64,000 nucleotides of DNA, from NCBI GenBank assembly GCA_026770705.1, contig JANJGN010000003.1, forward strand, positions 151,652,001 to 151,716,000, read 5' to 3'. The notes under the pieces were generated by a model. The model saw only the letters and a program-made list of their open reading frames with translations, was not told the origin of the DNA and did no database searches. The position numbers were made by a program, and so were the translations under genes. Below are positions 1 to 12,858 of the stretch, piece by piece. The stretch's first letter is position 1; each line of letters begins with the position of its first letter. The stretch comes from Isurus oxyrinchus. Its lineage: Eukaryota.

Positions 1-368
1 GGAAACCTCTATATGTAAAAAAAAGTTTGAGCTGGACAGTTAAGAATAGCTGGCAATGAATTGAGTTAAATTATAATCATTACAGTAACTTCAAGTGTCA
101 GGGTACAAAAGGAAGGCGTGTTTATTGGTCTCCCAACTTCAGCAAATTTGAGTAAGGTTATACATTCTTCATTTTCGCTCCGAACAAAATCCGTGCAATC
201 GTCTTACAAAGGCCGCAGTTAAACTTTCAACACCCAGAGTAAAACATTAATGAATAATTGATGAAGGCCACGAAGCGAAGTTCGACATTTTAACGCTGAA
301 ATCATTTAATGTGCACATATACATACGTAAATATATGCACATATGAATAAACATGTGCATATCTAAAC

Positions 369-413
369 ATAGATAGATGGGTAGATAGATAGACAGACAG
401 ACAAACAGACAGA
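369..413. repeat. (TAGA)n/(CAGA)n tetranucleotide repeat
   Basis: Seen directly; imperfect. Confidence 0.75.
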
Positions 414-904
414 GGCAAAAACTTACGCCAGGTTTTTTTTTGAAATATACAAGAAATCTGAAAATGAGACATAGACGAGCTCGGCTATTCGGAGTCTAGA
501 GTTAGAAGATATCTTTAGGAAACTGCTATTGGACAAGTGGAACTAATCAAAGCAAGAAAACAGCTCTCACAGCTCACAGTTGTATCTTGAGGCTAAAATT
601 TCCAAAGTTAAACAGTCTTTCTGTTCTAGCAACTGATGGCCATTTTTAATTTAGAGATGTTTCCGCAATACCAGCACAAACTTTAAAAAGTATAAAGTTG
701 AGCTTCAAAATATTGCAGGACAACTATAACCGACGTGTGCATTATAAAGATAGGAGAATCCGAAAAAAAGTGTAATCGGGCTTGGCGATAAGCAATAACT
801 TCTCTTTGGGCAAGCTTTGTGTCATTAATTACGAACTGGGCCGGAATTTATCCTGTGTGTAAATAGATAGAGCTGCAAAGAAGCAAAGAAGTCTTATGGC
901 TTAC

Positions 905-1320
905 CTGATAATTCAGCCAAATCCAAACCAGCCTCAAAGGACAAATAAAGCCTGCTGCGAAATTGGTAATGTGCTTTACAGGGGGAAACTTTCAATGCAT
1001 ACTGAAGAGTCTACATTTTCCAGGTTATCCGGCTCTTTTAAATATATTGCTGTCTGCTTACTGGGGATAGTCTCTCTTTTTGCAGAGTAAGCTTTTCAGA
1101 CCAAAAAGGCAGGAGAAGGAATTTTCACTGCTTCATACTGATTCGGCGCTCTGTAAATACTGAACTGCTTGCCTTATAGGTTTCTGCAGACGTCTGGGGT
1201 ACTGGTTTTCTGTGAGACCTATGCATTAAAGAGAGAGAGAGAAAAGCAGCCCGGCAAACAAGCTGGGCCAAATCGAGGGGGGAAAAAAACCTTATGGAAT
1301 CCGTTCACGTGACTTAAAAA
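905..1320 (-). other. Candidate non-coding 5' exon and promoter of Hoxa3
   Basis: Consensus donor CAG|GTAAGC at 905/904 and TCACGTGAC at 1305-1313. Hox3 genes use upstream non-coding exons. The TSS cannot be determined from sequence. Confidence 0.35.
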
Positions 1321-4300
1321 TAATTGTTAGCAGAATCTGGATCAAATCTGGTTATTAGGCACATGCAATAAAGTTTCTGTGGTTCATTGTTAGTCTAGTA
1401 TGCTTGCAAACCAGCATTGCATTTAAGCGGTGTTGATTTAGGAAACAGCTGCTCCAGTCTTGAGGAGAGCTAAGTCCCATTGCATTGCGAAGGTAAGAAT
1501 GAAGCCGTGCAGCATGGCAGAGCAAATAGGGTTCGCACGTTAAGCACTAACCACTGCTACATGTTTCATTTTACTCTTCATTTTTTTAATGTCTATTTAG
1601 ACATTAGCATGTAACAAATGTAAAACTATAGATAAGCGAATAATACGATTTTTTTCGCTGTTTAAACACAGTCAAATATTATTTTGTTTTCTTTGTTCTT
1701 TAGGTCAAATAAACTCTTTAGGTGGAAATATTAGACTCTGCGGCTTGGAAATAAAGTTAAGAAACAGGACCTAGTGCGAGATTTAGGCTGACGCTGACCT
1801 GAATAAAATTAGAGTGATAGCTCGGAGCATGAGAAAACGTTCCCAACAAACGAATGGCCGCAGTGAAACAATTGCTTTCTTTTAATCTAAATGATATAAA
1901 CTTTTTACAGAAACTACCTGAGAAACAAGCCAGCCAAGTATCAGTAAATTTTGTTTGTTTTCATTTTAAGAGTGGCCCTGTAAGAAACTCAGTTTTGTAT
2001 GCGGGTGCAATTGTCAAACCCATCACAACAAAGCATTAAGACCGAGTAATTTATTGCACTCCTCATTCCATGCAATAAAACTACTCTAGTTATCAAACGG
2101 CATTTTAAACTAGCCAGAAAATTTGAGCATCCTTACCAATCCAGAACTTCACAAAGTCTAACAACACTATTTACTCGGATTGACTGCGGGCAAAGTGTTT
2201 GTTACCTTTAACCAACATATGTGCAATATACTGTTTATGGATTGGTGGGAAGATGAAAGATTTATTTGCCGTTTTACCCTGCAGGCCTATCCTTAGTCGA
2301 TTCTTACATGTGGATTTATTTTTCTTTATTAAAATGCTATATATTTTTAGGAATATTTAGATGTGATTTCCATTTTCACGTACTATTAACCATATCACAC
2401 CCAAAACTTGTATTGGCACTAGATTTCTAATGTCGTAACTCGAAAATAAGTATTTATTTTGCAACATTGCTTTTTGCCTTTTAATAAAGTTGCAAATCAT
2501 ATCGGAAAGTCCATCCATTTAGACACTTACACTAAGCAAAAAGGTGGGGTAAACGGAACAGTCGAGAAGCTCTTATTTCGATGTTCGTTGTTCGCCTGGC
2601 AATAATAAAACAAAGAAACCTGATATGTATTACGTTCACTTCTAACCAAGGGCTTTCAGATCTCTTCACAGTATTTTATTGATTACAGCTGTAGATTCGG
2701 GTGTTAGCTTCCTATGTAAACGCAAATAGGATAAAAATTGTATGCTATCGTTATAAATACGGGCATTGAAAAATATTGCATTGTGACATTTGGTTCCTAT
2801 GAAAAATAAATAGGTGGTTGTACAATGCACACCAGCCTTCAAATATGGTTACAAGCACTTTTATTTTGGCAATATGAATGATAACAAATTAACGTGCCCT
2901 ACACAATTACAGTACGTCTTTTTATGATCCTTTCCTCTGCCTATTTTGTTGTTCAAATTCATACAGGAGTTGAAAATGAGTATATATATTATTTGATAGT
3001 GTCACAGAAAAAGTTGTATTTCCTTTAAAAACGATAATTATGATATTCTGTTTTAAATAAATCAAGCTTTATGTTTCTAGCTCCAGTGAATTCTTTGAGG
3101 TTGCTGTGAACCCGAAACAAAGGAATTACCCTAGGCTTTTGTTCCTTTAAATAACTACCGACCTGACACTCTCAAATGGCTCCATGACTACCTTTTGCAG
3201 CCGGGTGATACATTTCAACGTGGAAGGAATCAGCTCTGCGGAGTGCACGCAACCTCTCATCTTATAACAGAGTTGAAAAAATAAATTACGTTTTCATTTA
3301 GTGTTCACTGATTCCGATGAACTGCAGCACCAAACCACCTGTTACACTAAAATAAGACGGGTCCACCTGAAATCAGACGTTCGATTTCAGTAGTGCAATC
3401 AAAGCAAAATATTTTACCTTTTAAATTCGGGCCCTTAAACCATCTCAATGCCCAATTAGACTACCCTGGAACGAGTCTTGATTCTGGATAGAGACAGTCT
3501 AGACCTAAAAGGAGTACATTTATTGTCGTTAAAGAAAAACATTGTGAATCAGTTGCCAAACAGTAATCATAATGTATTTGTGCTGTTCTTATTTCAGGAG
3601 GTGGATCCAATTACAGACGTGTTTTATTGGAATGCCGGCCCGGAAGCTGAAGACATTGTATCAGCCGTTATACTATTGCAATTATCTTGTTTTGATTGAT
3701 CATAGCCAATAGTAAGAATAATAAAATGTACTTGACTGGAGTGATGAGACATTTAATTAAGCGGTATGTACTTTTACTAATGATCTTTTATTGTAAATAT
3801 TAGGAGTGCTACTTAATTATGAATGCAAACAATGCACGTTTCTGGATCTACTTTCGTCAGGTACCAACATCCAATACATGTATTAAATAAGAGTAAGACC
3901 TTTGCGAAGAACAAATATATTCTTTCATGAGGGCAAACTACATCCAAATGAGTTCAGAGTTTTTATCTGCAACATGATGGAAATAAATGAACAGGGTATT
4001 TTGAAAATAAGGAGGGTCCTTAATTTGTCCTAAAAACACAACAATAAAGACAGGTGTTTCTGTACACTCTATGGTCTTATATGTTTTGTCCGGTTCGTGG
4101 TTGCACATTATTTCAATGCCTAAGACAAACAGTAGACAGCCAGAATAAGTGCTTCACTTTGCTCAGAATTACATATGTTAGTGCATTTGCTGGAGCACCA
4201 TAACTCTGCCACTTATTGTAAATCGCTCAAATTAATGAATCATAGAGGAATTTAGCTTATGCCTCTTCATTTCCAAACGCTGCTGCCTACAGTTGCCTCT

Positions 4301-5869
4301 CAGCCCTGCGCATGTAAGAGATGGTGATTTATTAACGACAGGAAAATTGAACAAAGCAGCACAGCTACACCGTGGTATCCAGGCATACATACTGTGAACT
4401 AGAACATCATCATATGTGTTTGTATTTGTTGCAATTAATCATGAAAAAAATCTAAAATATTACTGACACGCGAGAGACTGACTAAACACCATCACAGACA
4501 TGCCGTGATTTAAATCTGAATACTAAAGGGCGCTATTCATCACATTTATGACAGTATTAAGAAATAAAAAAAATGTAAAAACATAAACAGAATAAAACAC
4601 AGGTCACAAAGACACTACTCACCACAATTCGTGCCTGAGTTGTGCCTCTTCCTTTTCTGAGACAGGTCTTCCAATTATAGACTTATTTTTAAGGAAAGTT
4701 CATTTTCACATCAGACTGAAACAGATCTAGTGCGAATACTGACGACTACATATCTATTCCGGACCGGCTGCATTAATTATTTAATGAGTCACGTGACTGG
4801 GGAGATTAAAATTTCAATACATACACAGAGGAGACGCGTGACCCTTTATCTTGGAGTGTGGATTTTTTTTTCTCTTTGCGCCCCTTCTTAGTTGAATCTT
4901 TATTGTTCTGGCTTTCTTTTAGTCTTTGGATGCTTACTGGTAAGTGATAATGCAAAAATGACTGGCCTGTGCTGATCCCAGATTTGACAGGTCTGCCATT
5001 TGTGTCACCTATAGTTCGAACTGCCTCAGTCCAATATTCTTGGGCATTTCTTCAAGCTGTCTTTATTGTTCGCCTGACAGTTTGATATTGAAGCTCACTG
5101 TTACATTACCCCGCATATATAACAGTCACATGTAAGACTAACTCTTTCATATATGACTTTACATCCCCCCAAGGCTGCTAAATTTGACACCAAATCGACC
5201 CTCACTAGCCACAGTCGATATTTTATTATACTTCTCAAATGTGTATTAGTTTTTGCTTTGTGTCTGGTATATGGGAGCCCACAATTACCGTAGTGCATTG
5301 ACTAGTTGTTTTAAGGGTAGCAACCAACATTGTGGTGTACAAACAGTTGATTTAAAATATACACAATGAATTTTATGATTGGTGACAATCTCGTTCATTG
5401 TTTTAGATGTGCTTTAAACTCAAATTGTCGTGTTTTGAGTTTAATTAAATCATACATTTTCACATGCGTGCAGACAATTTTAATGAACAAAAGAAACGTT
5501 GCATCATTTTATTAAATCAATTACCTATACATCTCCGAAAATGCTAGCTACAGGGATTTACCGGCGCAGATATAGTTTCGAGAAAGCAAGCTTGTATTTG
5601 ATAGAAAACATACTAGTTACTTCTCTATTCAATAATCAGAACAATAGAGACCCCTTAAAGGAGAATTGCCTCACTGTAACAAGTGAAGGATTGGATCCAT
5701 TCTTTTAAACCATGACAACAATTAACTACAAAAATGTTATTAACTAAACCATTTAAAATAAGCATTGTTTCTCACCACGCGCAAGGGTTGTGTTTTGCAG
5801 TTTACGTATAATTTATCGCCAAGTACTCTTTACACAAGCACGTCCCACACAGTAAAATATACTGCATAT

Positions 5870-5916
5870 GCACACACACATACATATATATGCTATACAC
5901 ACACACACACATACAT
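5870..5916. repeat. Imperfect (CA)n/(TA)n repeat
   Basis: Seen directly. Confidence 0.7.
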
Positions 5917-6127
5917 AAACTTTTCTCTTGGTGTCGCCGTATTCTTCAATATGAATTTCTAAAAGATATTATTTGGACTCCTTATACGACCTTTTTTGAT
6001 AACAAGGTACATTTTTAACCTCTGCAGGCATAGGAAATAGTGGAAAGAGCACTGTCCATCTTTTTAAAGGTCAAGGGTTTGAGGGGTCAGTCTGCACCGC
6101 TAAAAGCGGCTAATCGGTCAGAAAATC

Positions 6128-6144
6128 TGTCCTCTTGGTGAACT
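6128..6144 (-). promoter_or_regulatory. DR5 retinoic acid response element 3' of Hoxa4
   Basis: AGTTCA ccaag AGGACA on the minus strand. Form and position match the 3' neural-enhancer RARE shared by paralog-4 genes. Confidence 0.8.
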
Positions 6145-8742
6145 CGCTCTGGTTGCCCAGCCGTTGACAAACAATGCAACTTTTTATTACAAAAGACCGT
6201 TCGAGTTACAATAAACCAAAAACATCAAAGAGAAAGAAAATAAAGATGCAATCGGGTTTTCATTTGCTAAAGGCGCCCAAAGTTTGGGCATATAAAGGAT
6301 AAGTTTTAATAAACTTGTCCTTTCCAAAACTTACTTGGAATAAAATAAATTACCTTTTGCCTTTGACAATATGTGCTTATAATTTTCTGTGGTGAAAAAA
6401 ATTGTCCGGCAAGCAACTCCAGGACTGTTGCAAGGGGAAAGAAACATGGTGCTCGTCGAGATGGCCACATTTTATTCAAGAGAATCCAATGTGTCCACAC
6501 ACTTTTCCAAAAGAACGCCCTTCAGACTTGCTGTTGAAGTATACAAAGAAGTATTTATTGAATGAGGTGATTAATGATTCCGAGCAAAATCTGGTATTTT
6601 CAATCTGTTTAAAATTCCTTATAAAGATAAGCAAGCACGACTGACTAATGGGAGCGAATTTTCTCATCGCACGATTCTTTGTCTTTCTATATACTTTTGG
6701 AGTCGTCTTAAACTATTATACAAAGCATATTTAAGAATGTTTATGCCTGATGATGCTAGCAATTGTTGTTCGTCATTTATAAAAGCAAAATATTTCTATA
6801 GCTAGTAGCAGAGTATATTTCGCGCTACAAATGTGGAAATTGAGTCTATTTTCGTATAATCCCTATCGAAAGTCATGGCTAGATTATTTGCGTGTAATTT
6901 TATATAATTATGGGTAATTTCAGTTTTAATCAAGTTTTAGGAGGAAATGCACCCAATAGCATAAGTGTATTTTCCCCACCGCTAACGTGATGCATTCTGT
7001 GCATTGATATTGTTTGTGCCTACTATGTGTACAATTTGAAGAGGAAAACAAAAACCATGAACGAATTTTTATGCTGTGAGCTTTAAATTGTTACTAAGAT
7101 ATATAGATGTATCAAAATCGATAAGATGGTTAAAAAGAAGTGCGTTGTTATACAATTAAACCTCCGATGTATACTATTTTTTCAGGAAGCCTGGTGCTTG
7201 TACTGCCTTCAAGCAATCAATAACATGGAACTTATTAGAATTATCATCGTTCATAATGCTAGAAGTCACAAGCTACAATTTTATGTTCACTGATGTAACT
7301 CTTGCTTAATTGTTTAGCGCCCTTTCCCCAAGATCGACAAAATGAAGTCACAGTATATATTCGAATATTTAGTCCTGCAGTTCATGTTTTATTAGCCATA
7401 TATTACAAGTAATAAAATAAACAATGATTGTATTTTTATATTTGGAATGTCGTTGCCACGTTAAATTATGTAATATATAAGAAAGCAACAGGATGCAAAG
7501 TCAAATTAAAAGTAATCCCCACATGGTTACACTTTATTCCAGGATCAGAAAAATAGCGTCCAGGGCCATAAAAGGCCATGTTCGCAACCTTAAAGATGAC
7601 TTATTATTTGATCGCCTCACATTTTACTGCATTATTTACGACTCGGTGACGTAGAACTTGATGTGGAAAGGCTGTAGAAAGATGAATTGTAGATCCATGC
7701 AGTAATTTAACCTCTTTCGCCCAGTTATTCTTTAGTACCACGAGATATTTTGCAGTGTGGGAGGTGAGGGGAGGGGCGAGGCGGGGGGTTAAATTATTTT
7801 ATTTTGAAAATAAGAATGTGAAGAAAAATATATTGAAAACAAATCAGTTAAATGCATAGCCACGTTTTGGTGTTGAAAAAGTAATTCTCTGTGTGTTCGC
7901 TAAATCCTGACTGGAAGTAAATTGTACACATAAGAACTGAGATGGTCCACGAATTAACATTTTATTTAAAGCCCGAGGCTTCATTTTTACACTGTAATTT
8001 ATGTATTTCGTTTTAGCAACATTTGGCACTGCACATAGCACACTGAAATATCCACAGAAAAATACACAAATCTTACCAATGATTTGTACGGTTTCGTCAC
8101 AGTTTGGACTGTACCAAAATTGTTAAATATACAACCACTCGTTTGAAATCTCTGGATAAGATCCTTGCACATTCGTTATACTGATATCAGTAACACGACT
8201 ATATAGAGGATAGAGGTTTAAAATAAAAACACCTTAAATAACGCTGGCGACATAATTTATTTCCTATATATGTAGCATCTGGACAGTTTATTTGCTCTAA
8301 AACCATTTCCACATCCACACATATTGCTGCCTTTCTCATTTTCTAAAACAGATTTATTCTTAAATTCTCACAAATATTCCAACAGACTACACTAGTTGTG
8401 ATTATGACGCTTACAGTTCCTCACAATATCTATTATTCAGTGTCCTTTTATTCTTTTTGCTTTGAATAACATGGAAGAAGCCACTTTGACAGGACCTAGC
8501 ATCGGTTCATGTGGAGGTAATGAAGGATACAGAATGTACCCAATCAAAAACAGAAAACACTTTGAAAGTCTGCAGAGAATGGGTTAACACAACATAAATG
8601 CCTTGTCCCTTTTGGGGTTAACAGCATCTACCCTGGAAAAAAAACTCACTGCAAGAAATCCCTCCACATTCAAGTCAGTTATGTGGCAGACACATTTTGG
8701 TCCAAACTATGTTGTGGGAGAGGGGTTGGAGAGTCGAAGCAG

Positions 8743-9068
8743 CTATAGGCTTGATGAATTTGGTGCTGAACCATCTGGCTGTGGGCCCTGGGAGGATACT
8801 TGTGTTTGCTGGCTTGTAGAAGATGATGAGCTAGCAGAACGCATCTTAGTGTTAGGCAGTTTATGGTCTTTCTTCCATTTCATCCTTCTGTTCTGAAACC
8901 AGATCTTCACCTGGCGTTCAGACAGGCAAAGAGTGTGTGCAATCTCAATGCGTCGACGCCTGGTTAGGTAACGGTTAAAATGGAACTCCTTCTCCAGCTC
9001 TAAGACTTGTTGTCTCGTGTAAGCAGTTCGAGACCGTTTAGGCTCTCCTCCAGTGTAATTTGGGTTCA
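8743..9068 (-). CDS. hoxa4: Hox-A4 exon 2 (homeodomain); spliced protein 247 aa
   Basis: Acceptor TTTGTTCAG|TG gives [75 protein letters not shown]; TAG at 8745-8743; 418+326 nt = 248 codons. Confidence 0.96.
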
Positions 9069-9281
9069 CTGAACAAAACAAAAAGTAACCAAACATAAAT
9101 ACAGATACAGCCACGAATCTGACAATGGGATTAGATGCACGTGAATGAAGGTTCTAAAAGACAAGACTTTTTTCAAAGTGTTCTGACAACGGCGAACAAT
9201 CTACTGCAATAAAATGGCTCTGGGTATTTAGGTTAGAAAAGCATCAAAGACACATGGCCAGGAGCAAGATCCAGGGCAATG

Positions 9282-9331
9282 AAATTTATGGGCGCTGTAA
9301 TTACCGACCTAACAGTTAGGTGATCGTAAAT
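9282..9331 (-). promoter_or_regulatory. HB1-type homeodomain-binding element in the Hoxa4 intron
   Basis: Minus strand TTTACGATC...GGTAATTACAGCGCCCATAAATT: clustered TTTACG, TAATTA and CATAAA sites near the 5' end of the intron. Confidence 0.7.
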
Positions 9332-9417
9332 CTCATGAAAGGGCTAGTTACAGAAAGGGTTCCGCACATCCGATTTCAATTGAATTTTAATTGTTTCAGT
9401 TAGCTTTAGTTACTTAC

Positions 9418-9835
9418 CGGTAGTAACGTGAATTTTCTTCATCCACGGGTAAACTATGGGCTCTTTGCTGAGAGTACCTTTCTGGGCAGTGGGATTTTTC
9501 ACATTCTGGCTACACAAAGCTGGTGTGGCTACTGGGACCACTTCACAAAGCTGATTCTGTCTCGGTATGTGATTTTGGAGGCTAGCCTGCGACTGCACAT
9601 GACCCCTTTGCGACATGTCTTGGTTGCCAGTGCCTTGGACATTGTTGAAGCTGTAGGTCGGCTCTGGGTAGTTTGATTGTGGGTATAGTGCCTCATGATG
9701 GAATCCAGGGTCCCGCGGCCGCTCGTAGTATTCAGGAGATTGGCTTGGTATGTAGTTATTTTGAGAATATTCCTCACAAGGTGGAAATTTTGGCTCAACG
9801 TAGTTGGAGTTTATCAAAAACGAACTCATGGTCAT
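9418..9835 (-). CDS. hoxa4: Homeobox protein Hox-A4, exon 1 (ATG 9835; second in-frame ATG 9829)
   Basis: MTMSSFLINSNYVEPKFPPCEEY N-terminus typical of paralog group 4, hexapeptide IVYPWMKK, donor G|GTAAGTA at 9418/9417 (phase 1). Confidence 0.96.
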
Positions 9836-10000
9836 TAATTTCTGAAGTGCAAAATACTAATTTTTCTCGCGTTGTCGTTTTTCTGTTCCATAAAACCCTC
9901 CTACTTGCTGTCAAGTGTATAAAGTTAGCTGTTCATGTGATGCAAGCAGCCAATGGGGTGAGTGGCTGTGAGCCCCGGATAAGGAAATACACCAATGATG
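9836..10000 (-). promoter_or_regulatory. Hoxa4 leader and proximal promoter
   Basis: Hox4-type leader, CCATAAAA, TGTCA, E-box CATGTG and two CCAAT boxes within 165 bp of the ATG. Confidence 0.55.
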
Positions 10001-10294
10001 AATGCATGGACTCCAGTCAAAAATTCCATATTATCATTCAAAATCTCGTTTCCCCTGAAATTATGTTGTAGCATAGAAAGAGAAAATTGGGACAATCAGG
10101 AAAACACTAATTTTAAAATCATCTAAAATGGGTAATGATGTTATGATGTTTTATCGAATGCAAATATTTGCAAATGTATGTTGACGGAGAAAACATCACA
10201 AGATAGCATTAAATAGAGATCTGCTATTGTCCGAAATAGTTTACTCTGTTCTAGGAATGCTTCTGCACAACACAACATGGTTCAGCGCTTTCTC

Positions 10295-10328
10295 GGGGGG
10301 GGGGGGTGGGTGGGGGGGGGGGGGGGGG
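10295..10328. repeat. Poly-G tract upstream of Hoxa4
   Basis: Seen directly. Confidence 0.85.
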
Positions 10329-12841
10329 TTGGATTAAGACAATTGGGAAAATAATTACCAGAGTTCAACGCACTCGCTTCTCCTTCCGAATGCAGAGATG
10401 CTGTCAAAGGCATTCTAAGATTCATCGCTTACAAGAAGAATTTCCACAAAATTGCGAAAATACTTGGTTTATTTTTAATAAAACACGAGTATTTACAAGT
10501 CCTAGATAAGGCAGAATAGCTTTTCGTAGAACTTAATACACATTCAAAGTACATGCCGAAGTGTTAAATAGCTAAGGCAACAGTGGAGGATTTTGCCCAT
10601 ATACTGCATATGTATACAAACGTTATGTAATCAATTGAGATTCTTGGCGTAATAAATCTTGTTTAAAATATACTAGCATTTAATTGTTCGATTGTAATGT
10701 GGCTTAACTAATGAAATACTCTTCTGTTAGTATTTTTTCAGGCCTGCTTTAATTGATCTTCATAAAGTAAAATGATGGAAACGAACATTTTCATAGTCGA
10801 GAAACCCAATAAAAGTAGATACTAATTGTATTACCTTTTAAAAATGCACAAATCACAACTATTCAGTAAAACGATTCATTTGTATGGAATTCTATTCTAA
10901 AGCATTTAGCAAACGTTTTCATTGTACGTTCGAATTTTTGAACAAAACCGCTCCTTTCAACCACCCTGAATAACTAAACGTTAAACGCATCAATTATATT
11001 TCAGGTGTTTCTACTGTATCCACACGATTAAGTCTGCATATGGCATAATTTGTTATATCAAGAAATGTAACAAGAAACACAAAACACACCAACAATAATT
11101 GATAAAGCCTTCAAATGTTGTCTTCCTTTTACAATAAGTAAAAATAACCTGCCGTAAAAATTTGCAAGCTAATTAGCTTGTCATATAACTTAATGTGATT
11201 AAAATTGTATAACGTTTTATGTTTGAATTAATATCTACCACAAACGGTGCGCAATATGAAATTGACCAAATAGAAAAGTGACAATTTAGGTGCACTGCAC
11301 GTTATTTTTTCAAAGTAGCCATATGCAATATGCCTTCTTCCCTGAAATATAATCGATTCACAACATGAGTTCCTGTCAATCAAGAATGCATCATAATGTT
11401 TTAATGCTTGGACGATATACTGTATCCGGACACACGAGCTAACATTTCAATAAAATGAACCTTCTTCAACCATTACAACAGATTTTTTGTGGGGTACATT
11501 TACTAGCCTACCCTGCTTTGCTGCGCAGTATAATCGCCCATTAGAATGCTTTCAACTAAGTATCTAACAGCAAAATTAATTGACTTTCAGTGTAATTAAC
11601 AGATGCTTATTTTCACTACTCACTATACAAAGGGGTTATGTAGGGAAGATCTGCATGGAATCAGTCTTAATAATTGGTACGATTTTATTGTATTCACCAG
11701 GAACATCTTGTGTAAATGTTTATATTTAGATCATTCATAATATAGTTTAAAAAGCTACGAAACAGTCTTATAATGTAAACGGATCCAAATGATTTTGCTA
11801 AAAACTTTCCTTTCGCTCAAAAAACTCCCATAACATTTAACTCCCAAAAAATTGCTGTTTTTTCCTCCTTGACAGTCATGGTGTGCATCGTTTTCCACTG
11901 GCCACGTAACTTCCCTCTAAATAGCGCAGTCCAGTAATTCGCTGGGCCAATGTGTGTATTTAAGCGCTTTGTAGAAAAAAATGAAAATAAAGGGCCTAAT
12001 CGCACAAACATAAGGCATTACTTGGGACCAGCAAATGCAGGTCATTCGCCTTTGCAGTTTTTTTTTCATAATAAACAGCGATGGAGCCAGGACCCCCAAG
12101 TGTTACCTCGCCTGCGTGTACATTTGACATTTTTACTGCAAGGGTAGATTTACAGCCATTTTAAAGCGAAAGGCAAAGTTAACGCGTTTTACGACATTTC
12201 CAAAACCTGCATGTTTTAAGAGCTTATATCAAATTTATACTTTAGAAAGTGTCGAGATTAGGAAATCGGTTTTACATAAAAAGATTAGCCAAGTTATGAA
12301 GCATGGAGGGAAGATTTGTTTCGCGGTTTAATAAATCAGAAATTAGACGTTACCAGTTTAAATTCTCCTCCGAACAGCAAATCAGTAGTTTAGATGATAA
12401 GGAGTGTCATAATTTCTTCATTTACCGACTGAACCCATCAGCACGGCTCAGGATTTATCAAATAGATTGTAACATGATGAAAATGTGATTGTTTCCAATT
12501 CTATCTGGGGCATATGGTTAAAACAGCCGGTGTCCAACTCACAAACAAAATAAAACAAATAAAATGGCACATTTCGAAGATACATCTTCGAGCAGGCTTG
12601 CATCACATCCCACAGAGCTGCACAACTGTGCGTTTATTGGACTTCAACACGGGAAACGAAACAAAAGATTTTATTCAATGAAATGAGATTTCGTAAGGGA
12701 TACGCTAAGCTAAGTTTGGAAGTGACCGAAAAGTGACACCGTGTGCATTTTATTTCTTATTAATCTTATACATTGACAGTCTTTGTTAAGTAACAAGGCG
12801 TGCCATTCGTGAGGCGACATTTTCATATTTGTTAGACGCGG

Positions 12842-12858
12842 TGACCTGAATTTCACCT
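12842..12858 (-). promoter_or_regulatory. DR5 RARE about 3 kb upstream of Hoxa4
   Basis: AGGTGA aattc AGGTCA on the minus strand, 3.0 kb 5' of the Hoxa4 ATG, as for the known Hoxa4 5' RARE. Confidence 0.85.
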
